From an uncultured Granulosicoccaceae bacterium (GTDB lineage: Bacteria; Pseudomonadota; Gammaproteobacteria; CALCKW01), in assembly GCA_937925815.1 (NCBI GenBank), contig CALAMQ010000089.1, positions 16,173 to 80,172 on the forward strand: a DNA stretch of 64,000 nucleotides. The letters run 5' to 3'. The position numbers were made by a program, and so were the translations under genes. The notes under the pieces were generated by a model. The model was not told where the DNA came from and did not search any database. It worked only from the letters and a program-made list of their open reading frames with translations. How positions within the stretch are numbered: the first letter of the stretch is position 1; each line of letters opens with the position of its first letter. Below are positions 39,092-48,045 of this stretch, piece after piece.

Positions 39092-40569
39092 GTACACAAC
39101 TGCCCATTTTGCAGCTGCTCTTCCCGCTCATTGCGGCACCCATTTGCTCAATGCTCTACAACCGCCAGTTGGCTTGGCTGTTGAGCGCAGTGGCCACCTG
39201 GGCCAGCTTGGCAACAGCAATCGCGCTGTATATAGCCACCGCTGACGGCGCCGAGCTCGTCTACGAACTCGGTGGCTGGGAAGCTCCCTGGGGTATCTCG
39301 GTCAACATCGACAGTCTCAATGCCCTGGTGTTGTTGTTAATAACAGGTATTGCGTCGGTATTGATATTTGCGTTCCCAGCCAGTCTCACTATCCAATGGC
39401 TGGGCACGCGTGCGCGCCTCTACTACACCGCCTACCTACTGTGCTTTGCGTCGCTAATTGGCATCACCATCACCGGCGATGCGTTCAATGTGTTCGTGTT
39501 TTTGGAAATCTCGTCACTGAGCACCTACGCACTTGTCGCTATGGGCCGCGACCGCCGTGCCCAAGTAGCCGCCTTTCGCTACCTGATCATGGGCACTGTC
39601 GGGGCCACATTTATACTGATCAGTGTTGGATTGCTTTATATGGCAACCGGCACACTCAACATGGCAGATCTCGCAACACGCATCCCGCAATTGCATGACA
39701 ACAAGGTCGTGCGAGCGGCTTTTGGCTTTTTCATCATTGGCGCCGGTGTCAAAGTTGCGATGTTCCCCATGCACTTTTGGTTGCCAGGTGCCTACCAATA
39801 CGCACCGTCAATCGCCAGCGCCTTCCTCGCAGCCACCGCAACCAAAGTGGCCGTGTATGTGATGCTCAGGTTTATCTTCGGCGTCTTTGGTGCAGAACTG
39901 TTCTTCGAAGTGCTTCTGCTCGACCAAGTGTTCCTGCTGCTTGCCATTGTCGGCATTGTGGTGGGCTCGCTGGCAGCTCTCTATCAGGACGATATCAAAG
40001 GGGTTCTGGCTTATTCATCAGTCGCCCAGCTCTCCTACATGGTGCTTGGTATCGCGGTGGGATCGGCTGCGGGTCTGACCGCAGCAGTGGTGCACATCTT
40101 TAATCACGGCTTGATCAAGGCGGCACTGTTTGCAGTGCTCGCGGGCATTTTCGTGCGGTTTCAGTGCACCCGACTGTCTGAACTGCAAGGGCTTGGCAAA
40201 TACGCGCCGTGGACTGTCGGTGCATTTGGCATCGGCGCGATGAGCTTGATTGGCATTCCGGGCACAGCCGGCTTTATTTCAAAGTGGTATTTGCTCTTGT
40301 CGGTTCTCGAACACCACTGGTGGTTCGTCGCGCTGGTGATCATCGCATCGTCTTTGTTGGCACTGGCCTACATGTGGCGTGTGATCGACGTGCTGTGGCT
40401 CAGAGAGCCAACGCAATTGGTCACAGAACGTGGCGCCGAAGCGCCGCTGCACATGCTGATTCCGGCTTGGGTACTCGCCGGCGCAAACTTCTTCTTTGGT
40501 ATTGATACCACCGTCACCCTCGGTGCAGCAGGACGCGCCGTGGCGTCTCTACTCGGAGTCAGCTCATGA
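39088..40569 (+). CDS. Antiporter-like subunit 1 (MrpD/NuoN-M family)
   Basis: 493 aa polytopic protein. Proton-conducting-membrane-transporter region MFPMHFWLPGAYQYAPSIASAFLAATATKVAVY. ATGA overlap at both ends. Confidence 0.8.
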   Translation: MSTQLPILQLLFPLIAAPICSMLYNRQLAWLLSAVATWASLATAIALYIATADGAELVYELGGWEAPWGISVNIDSLNALVLLLITGIASVLIFAFPASLTIQWLGTRARLYYTAYLLCFASLIGITITGDAFNVFVFLEISSLSTYALVAMGRDRRAQVAAFRYLIMGTVGATFILISVGLLYMATGTLNMADLATRIPQLHDNKVVRAAFGFFIIGAGVKVAMFPMHFWLPGAYQYAPSIASAFLAATATKVAVYVMLRFIFGVFGAELFFEVLLLDQVFLLLAIVGIVVGSLAALYQDDIKGVLAYSSVAQLSYMVLGIAVGSAAGLTAAVVHIFNHGLIKAALFAVLAGIFVRFQCTRLSELQGLGKYAPWTVGAFGIGAMSLIGIPGTAGFISKWYLLLSVLEHHWWFVALVIIASSLLALAYMWRVIDVLWLREPTQLVTERGAEAPLHMLIPAWVLAGANFFFGIDTTVTLGAAGRAVASLLGVSS

Positions 40570-42035
40570 GTAATACGGTTCCTGCGCTCGCGATCTGCCT
40601 GCCACTACTCGGTGCCTTGCTGGTGTTGGCCAACCGGCACCGACCAAACATTCGAGATGGCATCAGTCTGGTCACCACTGTGCTGCTGTTTCTGCTCGTG
40701 TTGTCTCTCTATGGCCCGGTGATCGCGGGCGAGGAACCAGGCTGGCGATTTATCGCGCCCATTCCGGGCTTGTCGATGGGCTTTCGAGTCGAGCCACTGG
40801 GATTGATGTTCGCAACTGTGGCCTCGGGCCTCTGGATCATCACAACCGTCTACGCCATTGGCTATATGCGACGGAACAAAGAAAAACGGCACACCATGTT
40901 TTTCTTTTGTTTTGCCGTCGCCATTGCCGCTGCAATGGGGGTCGCGTTCTCGGCAGATTTGCTCACGCTGTTTGTTTTTTATGAGGCGCTCACACTCTCG
41001 ACCTACCCCCTGGTCGCGCACAAACAAACCAAAGAGGCGCGCCGAGGCGCAAAAATCTACCTCGCATTCTTGCTCTCTACTTCAATTGGTTTGTTGTTGG
41101 TAGCCATCATTGCAACCTACGCGGCAGCTGGCACCTTGCAGTTCACACTCGGCGGTGTGCTCGAGGACAAGCTGAGCACAACCGCTTTAACCGTGTTGGT
41201 CTGTCTCTTTGCCTTCGGCATCGGCAAGGCGGCGTTGATGCCCGTACACCGTTGGCTGCCGTCAGCCATGGTGGCGCCAACACCCGTCAGTGCGTTACTG
41301 CACGCCGTCGCGGTGGTCAAAGCCGGCGTGTTCACCGTGGTTAAAGTGGTGGTGTACATCATTGGTGTGGACAATCTCGCCGCAACCGGCGCTGGCGACA
41401 TTGTGCTTTGGACCGCGGCCATTACGCTGACACTTGCCTCTGTGGTCGCCATTCGAAAAGACAACCTCAAAGCACGCTTGGCATACTCCACTGTGGCGCA
41501 GCTCGCCTACGTCGTGCTCGGCGCCATGCTCGCCAACAGCGCGGGTTTACTTGGCGCAAGCATGCAAATCCCAATGCATGCGATGGGTAAAATCACCCTG
41601 TTCTTCTGTGCTGGCAGTATTTACGTCGCCACCCACAAGACAGAGATCAGCCAACTCGACGGGCTGGGACACCGCATGCCTTTCACCTTTGCCGCATTCT
41701 TTATCGGCTCGGTGAGCATCATCGGATTGCCGCCAATGGGCGGGGCCTGGAGTAAGTGGTTCTTGCTCATGGGTACAGCCGATGCACAACAGTGGATTTT
41801 GATGGGACTGCTGTTGCTGTCTTCTCTGCTGAATATTGCGTACCTATTGCCCATTGTTGGACGTGGGTTTTTCAGGCCACTCCCCGCAGACGAAGCCGCG
41901 CGCTTACCAGCGGGTGTGATCGAAGAATCGCCGATGACGTGTGTGATTCCTCTGAGTCTCACCGCGACAGGTTGCGTTGCGTTGTTCTTGTACGCAGACA
42001 CCATTCACGATTTTCTCATCCCCTTGTTTCCGTAG
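40566..42035 (+). CDS. Antiporter-like subunit 2 (MrpD/MrpA-N/NuoL-like)
   Basis: 489 aa. Carries the canonical HRWLPSAMVAPTPVSALLHAVAVVKAGVF motif of NuoL/M, MrpA/D. Confidence 0.8.
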   Translation: MSNTVPALAICLPLLGALLVLANRHRPNIRDGISLVTTVLLFLLVLSLYGPVIAGEEPGWRFIAPIPGLSMGFRVEPLGLMFATVASGLWIITTVYAIGYMRRNKEKRHTMFFFCFAVAIAAAMGVAFSADLLTLFVFYEALTLSTYPLVAHKQTKEARRGAKIYLAFLLSTSIGLLLVAIIATYAAAGTLQFTLGGVLEDKLSTTALTVLVCLFAFGIGKAALMPVHRWLPSAMVAPTPVSALLHAVAVVKAGVFTVVKVVVYIIGVDNLAATGAGDIVLWTAAITLTLASVVAIRKDNLKARLAYSTVAQLAYVVLGAMLANSAGLLGASMQIPMHAMGKITLFFCAGSIYVATHKTEISQLDGLGHRMPFTFAAFFIGSVSIIGLPPMGGAWSKWFLLMGTADAQQWILMGLLLLSSLLNIAYLLPIVGRGFFRPLPADEAARLPAGVIEESPMTCVIPLSLTATGCVALFLYADTIHDFLIPLFP

Positions 42036-42044
42036 GGCAGCACG

Positions 42045-42296
42045 ATGACGCAACAACAAGACAAGTACACGTGGTTCGACAAACCTGCAAACGTCAAAAA
42101 AATCATTGTCGCGCTGTGCGTGGTTTGCGCGCTGCTGTTTATCGCGGATTTTTTCTATCACAAGCACGCTCATTTTGGCATTGAGAAAGTGTTCGGGTTT
42201 TACGCCATATACGGTTTCGTGATGTGCGTGCTACTCGTTCTCGCCGCCAAAGTGATGCGCGTGCTGCTGATGCGCGACGAGGACTACTATGATTGA
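42045..42296 (+). CDS. Small two-TM membrane protein embedded in the Mrp-like cluster
   Basis: 83 aa with two hydrophobic helices (IIVALCVVCALLFIADFFY; FGFYAIYGFVMCVLLVLAAKVM). Lies 9 nt after the upstream stop and overlaps the next gene by 8 nt. Confidence 0.6.
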   Translation: MTQQQDKYTWFDKPANVKKIIVALCVVCALLFIADFFYHKHAHFGIEKVFGFYAIYGFVMCVLLVLAAKVMRVLLMRDEDYYD

Positions 42297-43980
42297 GGGC
42301 CTCAATCCCGCACTGATCCTGATTTTCGGTGCCCTGCTCGTTCCACTGTTCCCACATCCGTGGCGGACGGCCTATGTGGTGTTCCTGCCGCTTCTGTCAA
42401 TGCTGCAGCTGGTGTTACACCCCTTGGGCACCTTTGCCGAGGTGCCGTTGTACGGCATGGTGCTCGAGACCTTCAGAGTCGATAACCTGAGCTTCATTTT
42501 CGGCCTGATTTTCCACATCGCGGCAGTGCTTGGCGTGATTTACGCCATACACGACGACGACCCGGTACACCCCACAGCAGGCTTGATGTACGCCGGCGCG
42601 GCAGTGGGCGCCGCGTTCGCAGGTGACCTTGTAACGCTGTTCATCTACTGGGAACTGACCGCCATCTCGTCGGTGTTTTTGATTTGGGCCCGTCGCACGG
42701 AGTCGGCATTCAAGGCCGGTATGCGCTACCTCATCATCCAAATTGGATCTGGTGTGATCCTGCTCGCCGGACTGGTGTTGCATTTCAGTGAAACAGGGTC
42801 AATCACGTTTGGCGAGATGAGCCTCGATACCATCGGCGGAAAATTAATTTTCCTCGCCTTCGGGATCAAGTGTGCGTTTCCTTTCTTGCACAACTGGTTG
42901 CAGGACACCTATCCCGAAGCGACGGCAAGCGGCACTGTATTGCTTTCGGCATTTACAACCAAACTCGCTGTCTACGCGCTGGCACGCGGCTACGCTGGCA
43001 ACGACATACTCATTTGGATTGGTGCGATCATGACCGCCTTTCCAATTTTCTATGCAGTGATCGAAAACGACTTGCGTCGGGTGCTCGCCTACAGCCTCAA
43101 CAATCAGCTCGGCTTCATGGTTGTGGCAATCGGCATTGGAAGCCCGCTCGCACTCAACGGCGCCGCCGCCCACGCTTTTTGCCACATTCTCTACAAAGCC
43201 TTGCTGTTTATGAGCATGGGCGCGGTGTTGCTGCGCACCGGCACGTGCAAGGGATCTGAGCTTGGCGGTCTGTACAAGTCGATGCCCTTCACTACCGTGT
43301 GTTGCATCATAGGCGCGGCTTCCATCTCAGCCTTTCCGTTGTTCAGCGGATTTGTCTCAAAGTCCATGATCGTCTCGGCAGTGGCAAGCGAACACCTAAC
43401 TCTGGTGTGGCTGATGCTGATTTTTGCCTCGGCTGGCGTGTTTCATCACTCGGGAATCAAAATCCCCTACTTCGCCTTTTTTGCTCACGACAGCGGCATT
43501 CGCTGCGAGGAAGCGCCCATTAGCATGCGTATCGCAATGGGCATCACCGCAGCGCTCTGCATCGGTATCGGAGTTTTCCCAGGTGCCTTGTACGCGATCT
43601 TGCCGTACCCGGTGGACTACGTCCCATACACCGTGGCACACGTGATCACGCAACTTCAGCTGCTGATGTATTCAGCGCTGGCCTTTACCGTCATGATGCT
43701 GTGGAAGATTTATCCACCAGAGCTGCGTTCAACGGTTCTCGACACAGATTGGCTCTACCGCCGTGCACTCGCGCGCACGGTGCCACGTGCACTAGACGCC
43801 GTTTTTGAACGCATCCATTCGTTGCAAGCAGTCGCGCTCTACAACACCATCATCACGGTCAAGCGAGCCGGCAACGCGTTCGCACGCAGTGCACTGGCGC
43901 GCGACAACACCAGCACTAGTATGGTGACTTGGGTATTGCTGGCTCTGGCCGTCAGTATTGCGTGGGGGCTGCGCGGTTGA
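42289..43980 (+). CDS. Antiporter-like subunit 3 (MrpD/NuoL-M family, 563 aa)
   Basis: Polytopic protein. FPFLHNWLQDTYPEATASGTVLLSAFTTKLAVY is a degenerate version of the family motif. It has a longer C-terminus than subunits 1 and 2. Confidence 0.75.
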   Translation: MIEGLNPALILIFGALLVPLFPHPWRTAYVVFLPLLSMLQLVLHPLGTFAEVPLYGMVLETFRVDNLSFIFGLIFHIAAVLGVIYAIHDDDPVHPTAGLMYAGAAVGAAFAGDLVTLFIYWELTAISSVFLIWARRTESAFKAGMRYLIIQIGSGVILLAGLVLHFSETGSITFGEMSLDTIGGKLIFLAFGIKCAFPFLHNWLQDTYPEATASGTVLLSAFTTKLAVYALARGYAGNDILIWIGAIMTAFPIFYAVIENDLRRVLAYSLNNQLGFMVVAIGIGSPLALNGAAAHAFCHILYKALLFMSMGAVLLRTGTCKGSELGGLYKSMPFTTVCCIIGAASISAFPLFSGFVSKSMIVSAVASEHLTLVWLMLIFASAGVFHHSGIKIPYFAFFAHDSGIRCEEAPISMRIAMGITAALCIGIGVFPGALYAILPYPVDYVPYTVAHVITQLQLLMYSALAFTVMMLWKIYPPELRSTVLDTDWLYRRALARTVPRALDAVFERIHSLQAVALYNTIITVKRAGNAFARSALARDNTSTSMVTWVLLALAVSIAWGLRG

Positions 43981-43989
43981 AACGCCTCG

Positions 43990-44697
43990 TCAGCCCAGTC
44001 CGAGTTCCCGCGCTCGCAGCATCAACCGTGGCCGATTGTCGACGCTAAAGGCACGCATGATGTGGGACACATGGTTTTTAACCGTGCCTTCAGCAATACC
44101 CAGCGCGTTTGCGATGTCCCGATTAGTTTGACCCTCGAGAACACGCGCCAGGATGTGCTGGCGCCGAGCAGACAACATCACAGGGAAATGTTCAGGCAAC
44201 GTCACTTGAGCTGGCGTGTTCACACTGCGCTGGACCGGATAAACCGTTCCCCCTTCGAGCAATTTTTCCACTGCTGACAACAACGACGGCAGCACCGCCC
44301 GCTTGCCGACAAAACCCTCGATACCGGCCGCACGGGCGGCATCGAGAGTCTGTTTGGATTCGTCTTGGGAAAACAGCAAAATGGGCGCGCCGGGTACGTG
44401 AGCACGCACCGCATCGAATTCACGGCTCTCGCGTGTTCCAGACGCCACCGCGTCAACAATAAGCAAGCCGTAGGTAGTGCATGACGCTTTGACTCTCGCC
44501 TCGGCCAGGGACGTCACCACATCAACCGACACGACCGCGACCAACGAATGCAGCGTTGAGACCAACGCCTGTTGAACGATCGGAAAGCGCTCAACAATCA
44601 AGACGCGAATGCCGCCAGAACTGTTCACAGCATCGCGCCGATACGAACAGCCGAATTGAGCAGCCGACACCTCAATGGTGCAAAGCCTAAAGAGCAC
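43990..44697 (-). CDS. NarL/FixJ-type response regulator (receiver + LuxR HTH)
   Basis: C-terminal LSARRQHILARVLEGQTNRDIANALGIAEGTVKNHVSHIM. Receiver has VLIVERFP, LLIVDAV, LLFS, FVGK. An alternative GTG start at 44628 would give a typical N-terminus (MNSSGGIRVLIV). Confidence 0.8.
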   Translation of the reverse strand: MLFRLCTIEVSAAQFGCSYRRDAVNSSGGIRVLIVERFPIVQQALVSTLHSLVAVVSVDVVTSLAEARVKASCTTYGLLIVDAVASGTRESREFDAVRAHVPGAPILLFSQDESKQTLDAARAAGIEGFVGKRAVLPSLLSAVEKLLEGGTVYPVQRSVNTPAQVTLPEHFPVMLSARRQHILARVLEGQTNRDIANALGIAEGTVKNHVSHIMRAFSVDNRPRLMLRARELGLG

Positions 44698-44930
44698 ACA
44701 GACGTCGAATGGGTGGCATCAATAGCGTCGATCGGTGTTGAGTTCAGATCACAGCGCCGAGGGGACTGTCGTCCGGAAGGCACCACATTGACCGCATCTT
44801 GTGCGGTGCACAACATCAATTCCACAGCGTTACGGTGAACGCGCAATTTTCTCATAAGCAGAGTCTCTATACCGGCTGTACTAACAAGATCACTTCAATT
44901 GTCGACACTTTTGCAGCACTTCACGACTGT

Positions 44931-44958
44931 TTGACACTATATAAACGTCCAATACAAA
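44931..44958 (+). promoter_or_regulatory. Candidate sigma-70 promoter upstream of gltA
   Basis: TTGACA (44931-44936), 16-nt spacer, TACAAA (44953-44958). About 230 nt upstream of the gltA ATG. Sequence match only. Confidence 0.3.
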
Positions 44959-45187
44959 AGATTATGTGACGTTTTTATCGACTTTCGGTGCGTTTCCGGC
45001 AAGAATTCTGCGAGCAATTGACGTTAAGCCATCAGGATCTTTTCGCGCAGATACGTACATCTGCACACCATCAAGGTCATCCCGAAGCGCTTGCCATATT
45101 GCACCCGCGCAATGCGCTCGCACCCCACTGATACCTGTGTTCTAAGCGCCACCGCTATGCGTTGGCTGCTCAATCCAAGGAGCAAGA

Positions 45188-46474
45188 ATGTCCACGAAGA
45201 CCGTCACCGTAACAGACTCCGCATCCGGTACATCAGCCGAGTTGCCAGTGGTCGAAGGATCGGTTGGTCGCAACGCGATCGACGTCCGAACGCTGGCCAA
45301 ACAAGCCGGCTATTTCACTTACGACCCAGGCTTCGCGGCCACTGCATCGTGCAGCAGTTCAATTACCTATATCGATGGCGAACAAGGCATTTTGCTGCAC
45401 CGCGGCTACCCGATAGAGCAGCTGTCAACTCAATCCTCGTACCTCGAAGTCTGTTATCTGCTCCTCAATGGTGAATTGCCAAACTCTGCAGAAGCCGACG
45501 ACTTTGAAAACATTATCAAGAACCACACGATGGTCCACGAGAACATCGGTCGGTTCATGCAGGGCTTTCGCTACGACGCGCACCCGATGGCGATGTTGTC
45601 AGCAACGGTTGCCGCTCTCGCATCTTTTTACCACGACTCGATCGACATCAACGACCCAGAGCACCGCCAAATCACTGCGCACCGCTTGATCGCGAAAATG
45701 CCGACTCTCGCGTCTTACTGCTACAAGCACTACCGCGGTCAGCCTTTCGTCTACCCGGTCAACAACCTGAGCTACACCGAAAACTTCCTTCACTTGATGT
45801 TTGCGGTTCCGGCAGAAGACTACACGCCGTCGCCAGCGGCTGTGCGTGCCATGGAAACCTTGCTGATCTTGCACGCTGATCACGAGCAGAACGCCTCGAC
45901 ATCGACCGTTCGCCTAGCTGGCAGCTCCGGCGCAAATCCGTTTGCGTCCATTGCAGCCGGCATTGCGTGCTTGTGGGGCCCGGCGCACGGCGGTGCGAAT
46001 GAAGCTGTGATGAACATGCTCGATGACATCATGAAAAGTGGTGAGACCATTGAGAGCACCATCGCGCGTGCAAAAGACAAGAACGACCCGTTCCGTTTGA
46101 TGGGATTCGGACACCGTGTCTACAAGAACTATGACCCGCGTGCCACTTGCATCCAGGGTGTGTGCCACGACTTGCTCGACGAGCTCGGTGGTGATCAACC
46201 GCTGTTCCAACTCGCACGCGAACTCGAAGAAGCCGTGCTCGCAGACGACTACTTCAAAGAGCGCAAGCTGTTCCCCAACGTCGATTTTTACTCCGGCATC
46301 ATTCTGCGTGCGCTGAACATTCCAATGAACATGTTCACCGTGATGTTCGCCATGGCGCGGACTGTCGGCTGGATTGCGCATTGGCAAGAGATGCACACCG
46401 ACCCACACTTTCGCATTGGTCGTCCGCAGCAAATCTACACTGGAGCCACACGTCGAGACTATCCCGGCAGTTAA
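45188..46474 (+). CDS. gltA: Citrate synthase (type II, hexameric Gram-negative type)
   Basis: 428 aa. [36 protein letters not shown] signatures. RBS AAGGAG upstream. Confidence 0.95.
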   Translation: MSTKTVTVTDSASGTSAELPVVEGSVGRNAIDVRTLAKQAGYFTYDPGFAATASCSSSITYIDGEQGILLHRGYPIEQLSTQSSYLEVCYLLLNGELPNSAEADDFENIIKNHTMVHENIGRFMQGFRYDAHPMAMLSATVAALASFYHDSIDINDPEHRQITAHRLIAKMPTLASYCYKHYRGQPFVYPVNNLSYTENFLHLMFAVPAEDYTPSPAAVRAMETLLILHADHEQNASTSTVRLAGSSGANPFASIAAGIACLWGPAHGGANEAVMNMLDDIMKSGETIESTIARAKDKNDPFRLMGFGHRVYKNYDPRATCIQGVCHDLLDELGGDQPLFQLARELEEAVLADDYFKERKLFPNVDFYSGIILRALNIPMNMFTVMFAMARTVGWIAHWQEMHTDPHFRIGRPQQIYTGATRRDYPGS

Positions 46475-46494
46475 CGGCGTCGCACCAGAGGACA

Positions 46495-46528
46495 CCGGAC
46501 TCCTGCTCGCAGGTGTCCGGTTTTTTTT
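46495..46528 (+). terminator. Rho-independent terminator after gltA
   Basis: Arms CCGGACTCCTG and CAGGTGTCCGG (10 of 11 positions pair), loop CTCG, followed by T8 (46521-46528). Confidence 0.85.
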
Positions 46529-46638
46529 GCTTTGAACACTCACAGTTCTGCACGTAGAAACCCTGATATCAGGCCGAGATGCGGAACTGTGCCATACACT
46601 GCCAATCCGAGACTGAAGACTCATCGGAGTGGCTTAAC

Positions 46639-47583
46639 ATGCGAACACTCATTCACCGTGGAGCACTGGTTGCGTTGGCTCTTGCTGCTGCAACCTCGCT
46701 ATCACACGCTAGGTCTTTAAACGGCTTTGATCTCGAGGGCGCGAGCATACCGCCGACCGAGATTCACCACGGCGGCCCACCACGCGACGGCATTCCCGCA
46801 ATAGACGCGCCGACCTTTGTCAGCGTTTCGCAAGTGGATTTTCTCAGCGACACTGACCGCGTATTGGGCATCGACATCGACGGCGTCCAGCGCGCCTACC
46901 CCATTTCAATTTTGAATTGGCACGAAGTCGTCAATGACACAATCAACGACCGTCCCGTGATTGTGAGCTTCTGCCCACTGTGCGGAACGGGCGTGGTGTT
47001 TGACGGTGATATTGGCGGCGAGGCCAACACATTCGGCGTCTCCGGACTGTTGTACAACAGCGATGTCTTGCTGTACGACAGGAACACTGAAAGCCTGTGG
47101 TCTCAAATACGCGCTGAGTCGGTCGCTGGACCCTCACAAGGCACGAAACTCGACTTGTTGCCCGTCACCCACACAAGCTGGGCTGACTGGCGTCAACGCC
47201 ACCCAGGCACCGAGGTGCTCAGCACTGACACGGGGTTCGGCCGCAATTACACGCGGGACCCTTACACAGGTTACTACACCAGCGAACAAATCATGTTCCC
47301 CGTCTCGGCGACAAGCCGACGCTATCACCCAAAGGAACAGGTTCTGGGCCTCGCCCACGGTGGCGAGCATCGGGCATGGCCGTTCAACGAACTGTCAAAG
47401 ACCGAGGCCACACACATTGAAGACACACTCTCCGGTACGGATCTGATTGTCCGTTTTGATCCTGAACACCAAACGGCGAGCGTGTTCACCGCAGACGGCA
47501 CCGAGCTGCCTGGCGTTGTGAGTTTTTGGTTCGCCTGGTACGCCTTTCACCCTGAATCGAGTGTGTATACAGCAATACAGTGA
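46639..47583 (+). CDS. Secreted DUF3179-domain protein
   Basis: ATG at 46639 gives a signal peptide (MRTLIHRGALVALALAAATSLSHA). SFCPLCGTGVVF and LYNSDVLLYDRNTESLWSQ match DUF3179, from memory. Confidence 0.65.
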   Translation: MRTLIHRGALVALALAAATSLSHARSLNGFDLEGASIPPTEIHHGGPPRDGIPAIDAPTFVSVSQVDFLSDTDRVLGIDIDGVQRAYPISILNWHEVVNDTINDRPVIVSFCPLCGTGVVFDGDIGGEANTFGVSGLLYNSDVLLYDRNTESLWSQIRAESVAGPSQGTKLDLLPVTHTSWADWRQRHPGTEVLSTDTGFGRNYTRDPYTGYYTSEQIMFPVSATSRRYHPKEQVLGLAHGGEHRAWPFNELSKTEATHIEDTLSGTDLIVRFDPEHQTASVFTADGTELPGVVSFWFAWYAFHPESSVYTAIQ

Positions 47584-47619
47584 GTTCGAATGCCCCACAG
47601 CACGCCTGGGCTTGAACAG

Positions 47620-48045
47620 CTAGGCGGCGTCAGCAGTCAATAGACGGCATAGCGCTCGCCAACTCAGTAAAATGCAGGTGTGGCGCGCTGCGTGAGCGCG
47701 TGCGCCGTCGAGTGCCTCAACGCCTGGGTGCGGTACAGTGCCGCCCTCTCTTGAGCCCACCCACGATTCCACATGGTTGCACAGTGATATAGCACTGTCA
47801 CTGGGCGCACCTTCGCACGCCTCAGTCATCATCGACGCCGAGGCGATACACACGGAGCAGCCACGTCCGTGAAAGCGGATTTGTTCAATTCTCGATTCAA
47901 CTTGAACCACACCCACTTCGATGTCGTCACCACAGCGCGGGTTACTGCCGCGTTCGCGCTGCATGCCTTCCTCAAGCGACCCTTTATTGCGCGGGTTTCG
48001 AAAGTGATCGAGCAACACCTCTCGGTACAGGCCCTTGTCCATCAT
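47620..48045 (-). CDS. sufU: SufU-type (NifU N-terminal-like, Zn-dependent) sulfur-transfer protein
   Basis: Colinear with B. subtilis SufU as I recall it: LYREVLLDHFRNPRNKG, NPRCGDDI, GRGCSVCIASASMMTEA, ARHTCILLSWRAL. 4-nt overlap with the upstream desulfurase. Confidence 0.75.
   Translation of the reverse strand: MMDKGLYREVLLDHFRNPRNKGSLEEGMQRERGSNPRCGDDIEVGVVQVESRIEQIRFHGRGCSVCIASASMMTEACEGAPSDSAISLCNHVESWVGSREGGTVPHPGVEALDGARAHAARHTCILLSWRALCRLLTADAA

Noticed and set aside
45914-46624. 236-aa minus-strand ORF. Similar long antisense ORFs occur at 8434..9216, 24313..25008, 26642..27382 and 49315..49965
   Set aside because: All lie antisense to genes with strong family signatures (gltA, HDAC/VOC, rnt, asnB, xdhC). 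They are GC-rich shadow ORFs.
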